Positions 5,397 to 5,744 of a stretch of DNA of 5,744 nt are shown in pieces. The DNA is from Leidyana gryllorum EB-2025a. Its lineage: Eukaryota; Protista; Apicomplexa. The stretch is from NCBI GenBank assembly GCA_048772705.1, contig JBLWGC010000059.1, positions 1 to 5,744 on the forward strand. Reading direction: 5' to 3'. A model generated the notes under the pieces. The model made no database searches. It was not told the DNA's origin and saw only the letters and a program-made list of their open reading frames with translations. Within the stretch, counting starts at the first letter, position 1; each line of letters begins with the position of its first letter. The translations under genes were made by a program, and so were the position numbers.

Positions 5397-5427
5397 GAGG
5401 AGATGGCACATGGTTGATTGTGCCACG

Positions 5428-5462
5428 CCAGGCCCAGTAGATTTCTAGTCTACCCCCTAACC
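5428..5462 (-). pseudogene. tRNA-Ser(AGA) internal fragment (anticodon arm)
   Basis: GGTTAGGGGGTAGACTAGAAATCTACTGGGCCTGG matches 3327-3362; deleted on both sides. Confidence 0.85.
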
Positions 5463-5526
5463 CGTCACATACGGTTCAGCAAGCTTGACTCGGACTTCTC
5501 GCGCTGCCTGCACCTGCGGTCTCCCA

Positions 5527-5564
5527 TCAAAAGTCTTGCGCTCTACCGACGGAGCTGGCGCGGC
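5527..5564 (-). pseudogene. tRNA-Lys(TTT)-like 5' remnant
   Basis: GCCGCGCCAGCTCCGTCGGTAGAGCGCAAGA-CT-TTT-GA matches the 5' half of Lys at 1533. Confidence 0.7.
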
Positions 5565-5664
5565 AGGGAAGCTCGGACTTGGTAACAAGCTCCTTTCGTA
5601 CTGGTCGCAGAGCCTTGGGGCTTCCTCGAGTCCAGGGCGACTCTTTATCAGAGATCCCCTCACT

Positions 5665-5738
5665 TGGTCACGCCCGGGCTCGAACCGGGGACCTTGAGCT
5701 TATTAGGCTCACGCTCTAACCGACTGAGCTACGCGACC
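5665..5738 (-). tRNA. trnI: tRNA-Ile(AAT)
   Basis: GGTCGCG/CGTGACC acceptor, TGAGC-CT-AAT-AA-GCTCA, CCCGG-TTCGAGC-CCGGG; 74 nt. Confidence 0.97.
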
Positions 5739-5744
5739 GCCTCC

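Noticed and set aside
131-5697. All ORFs in the supplied track (63-185 aa)
   Set aside because: They are short, overlap tRNA genes on either strand and resemble no protein family I recognise. Peptides repeated between ORFs (e.g. GLFWESNPGLLPPEGRIIPLDQTA) are simply translations of duplicated tRNAs.
1-5744. CRISPR array, tRNA-derived SINEs, 5S rRNA, snRNAs or SRP RNA
   Set aside because: There is no constant repeat-spacer periodicity and no shared SINE body, A-tail or target-site duplication. I found no 5S, U1, U2, U5, U6 or SRP signature by eye; an Rfam scan would be decisive.

Overview
This window has no credible protein-coding gene. It is an unusually dense array of tRNA genes on both strands: about 39 tRNA-derived units in 5.7 kb, made up of ~21 full-length genes that are intact or carry minor lesions, ~7 full-length pseudogenes and ~11 fragments. 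Together they cover 19 of the 20 amino acids (Tyr not found; His, Gln, Trp and Cys only as pseudogenes or remnants). The genes are of eukaryotic nuclear type: no encoded CCA, seven A34 (inosine-type) anticodons, Gly-GCC, and an A54 T-loop in tRNA-Ala. From memory the Asp and Gly genes resemble alveolate (apicomplexan/dinoflagellate) tRNAs; I could not check this. The array is a patchwork of duplicated modules (tRNAs plus spacers). Five blocks from the left half recur on the right, each inverted but in nearly the same order. Most duplicated genes have decayed in one copy, and several pairs differ by a synonymous wobble-position anticodon switch. Intact genes lack proximal oligo-T Pol III terminators, and several are followed by short hairpins instead. 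All tRNA folds and alignments were done by eye.
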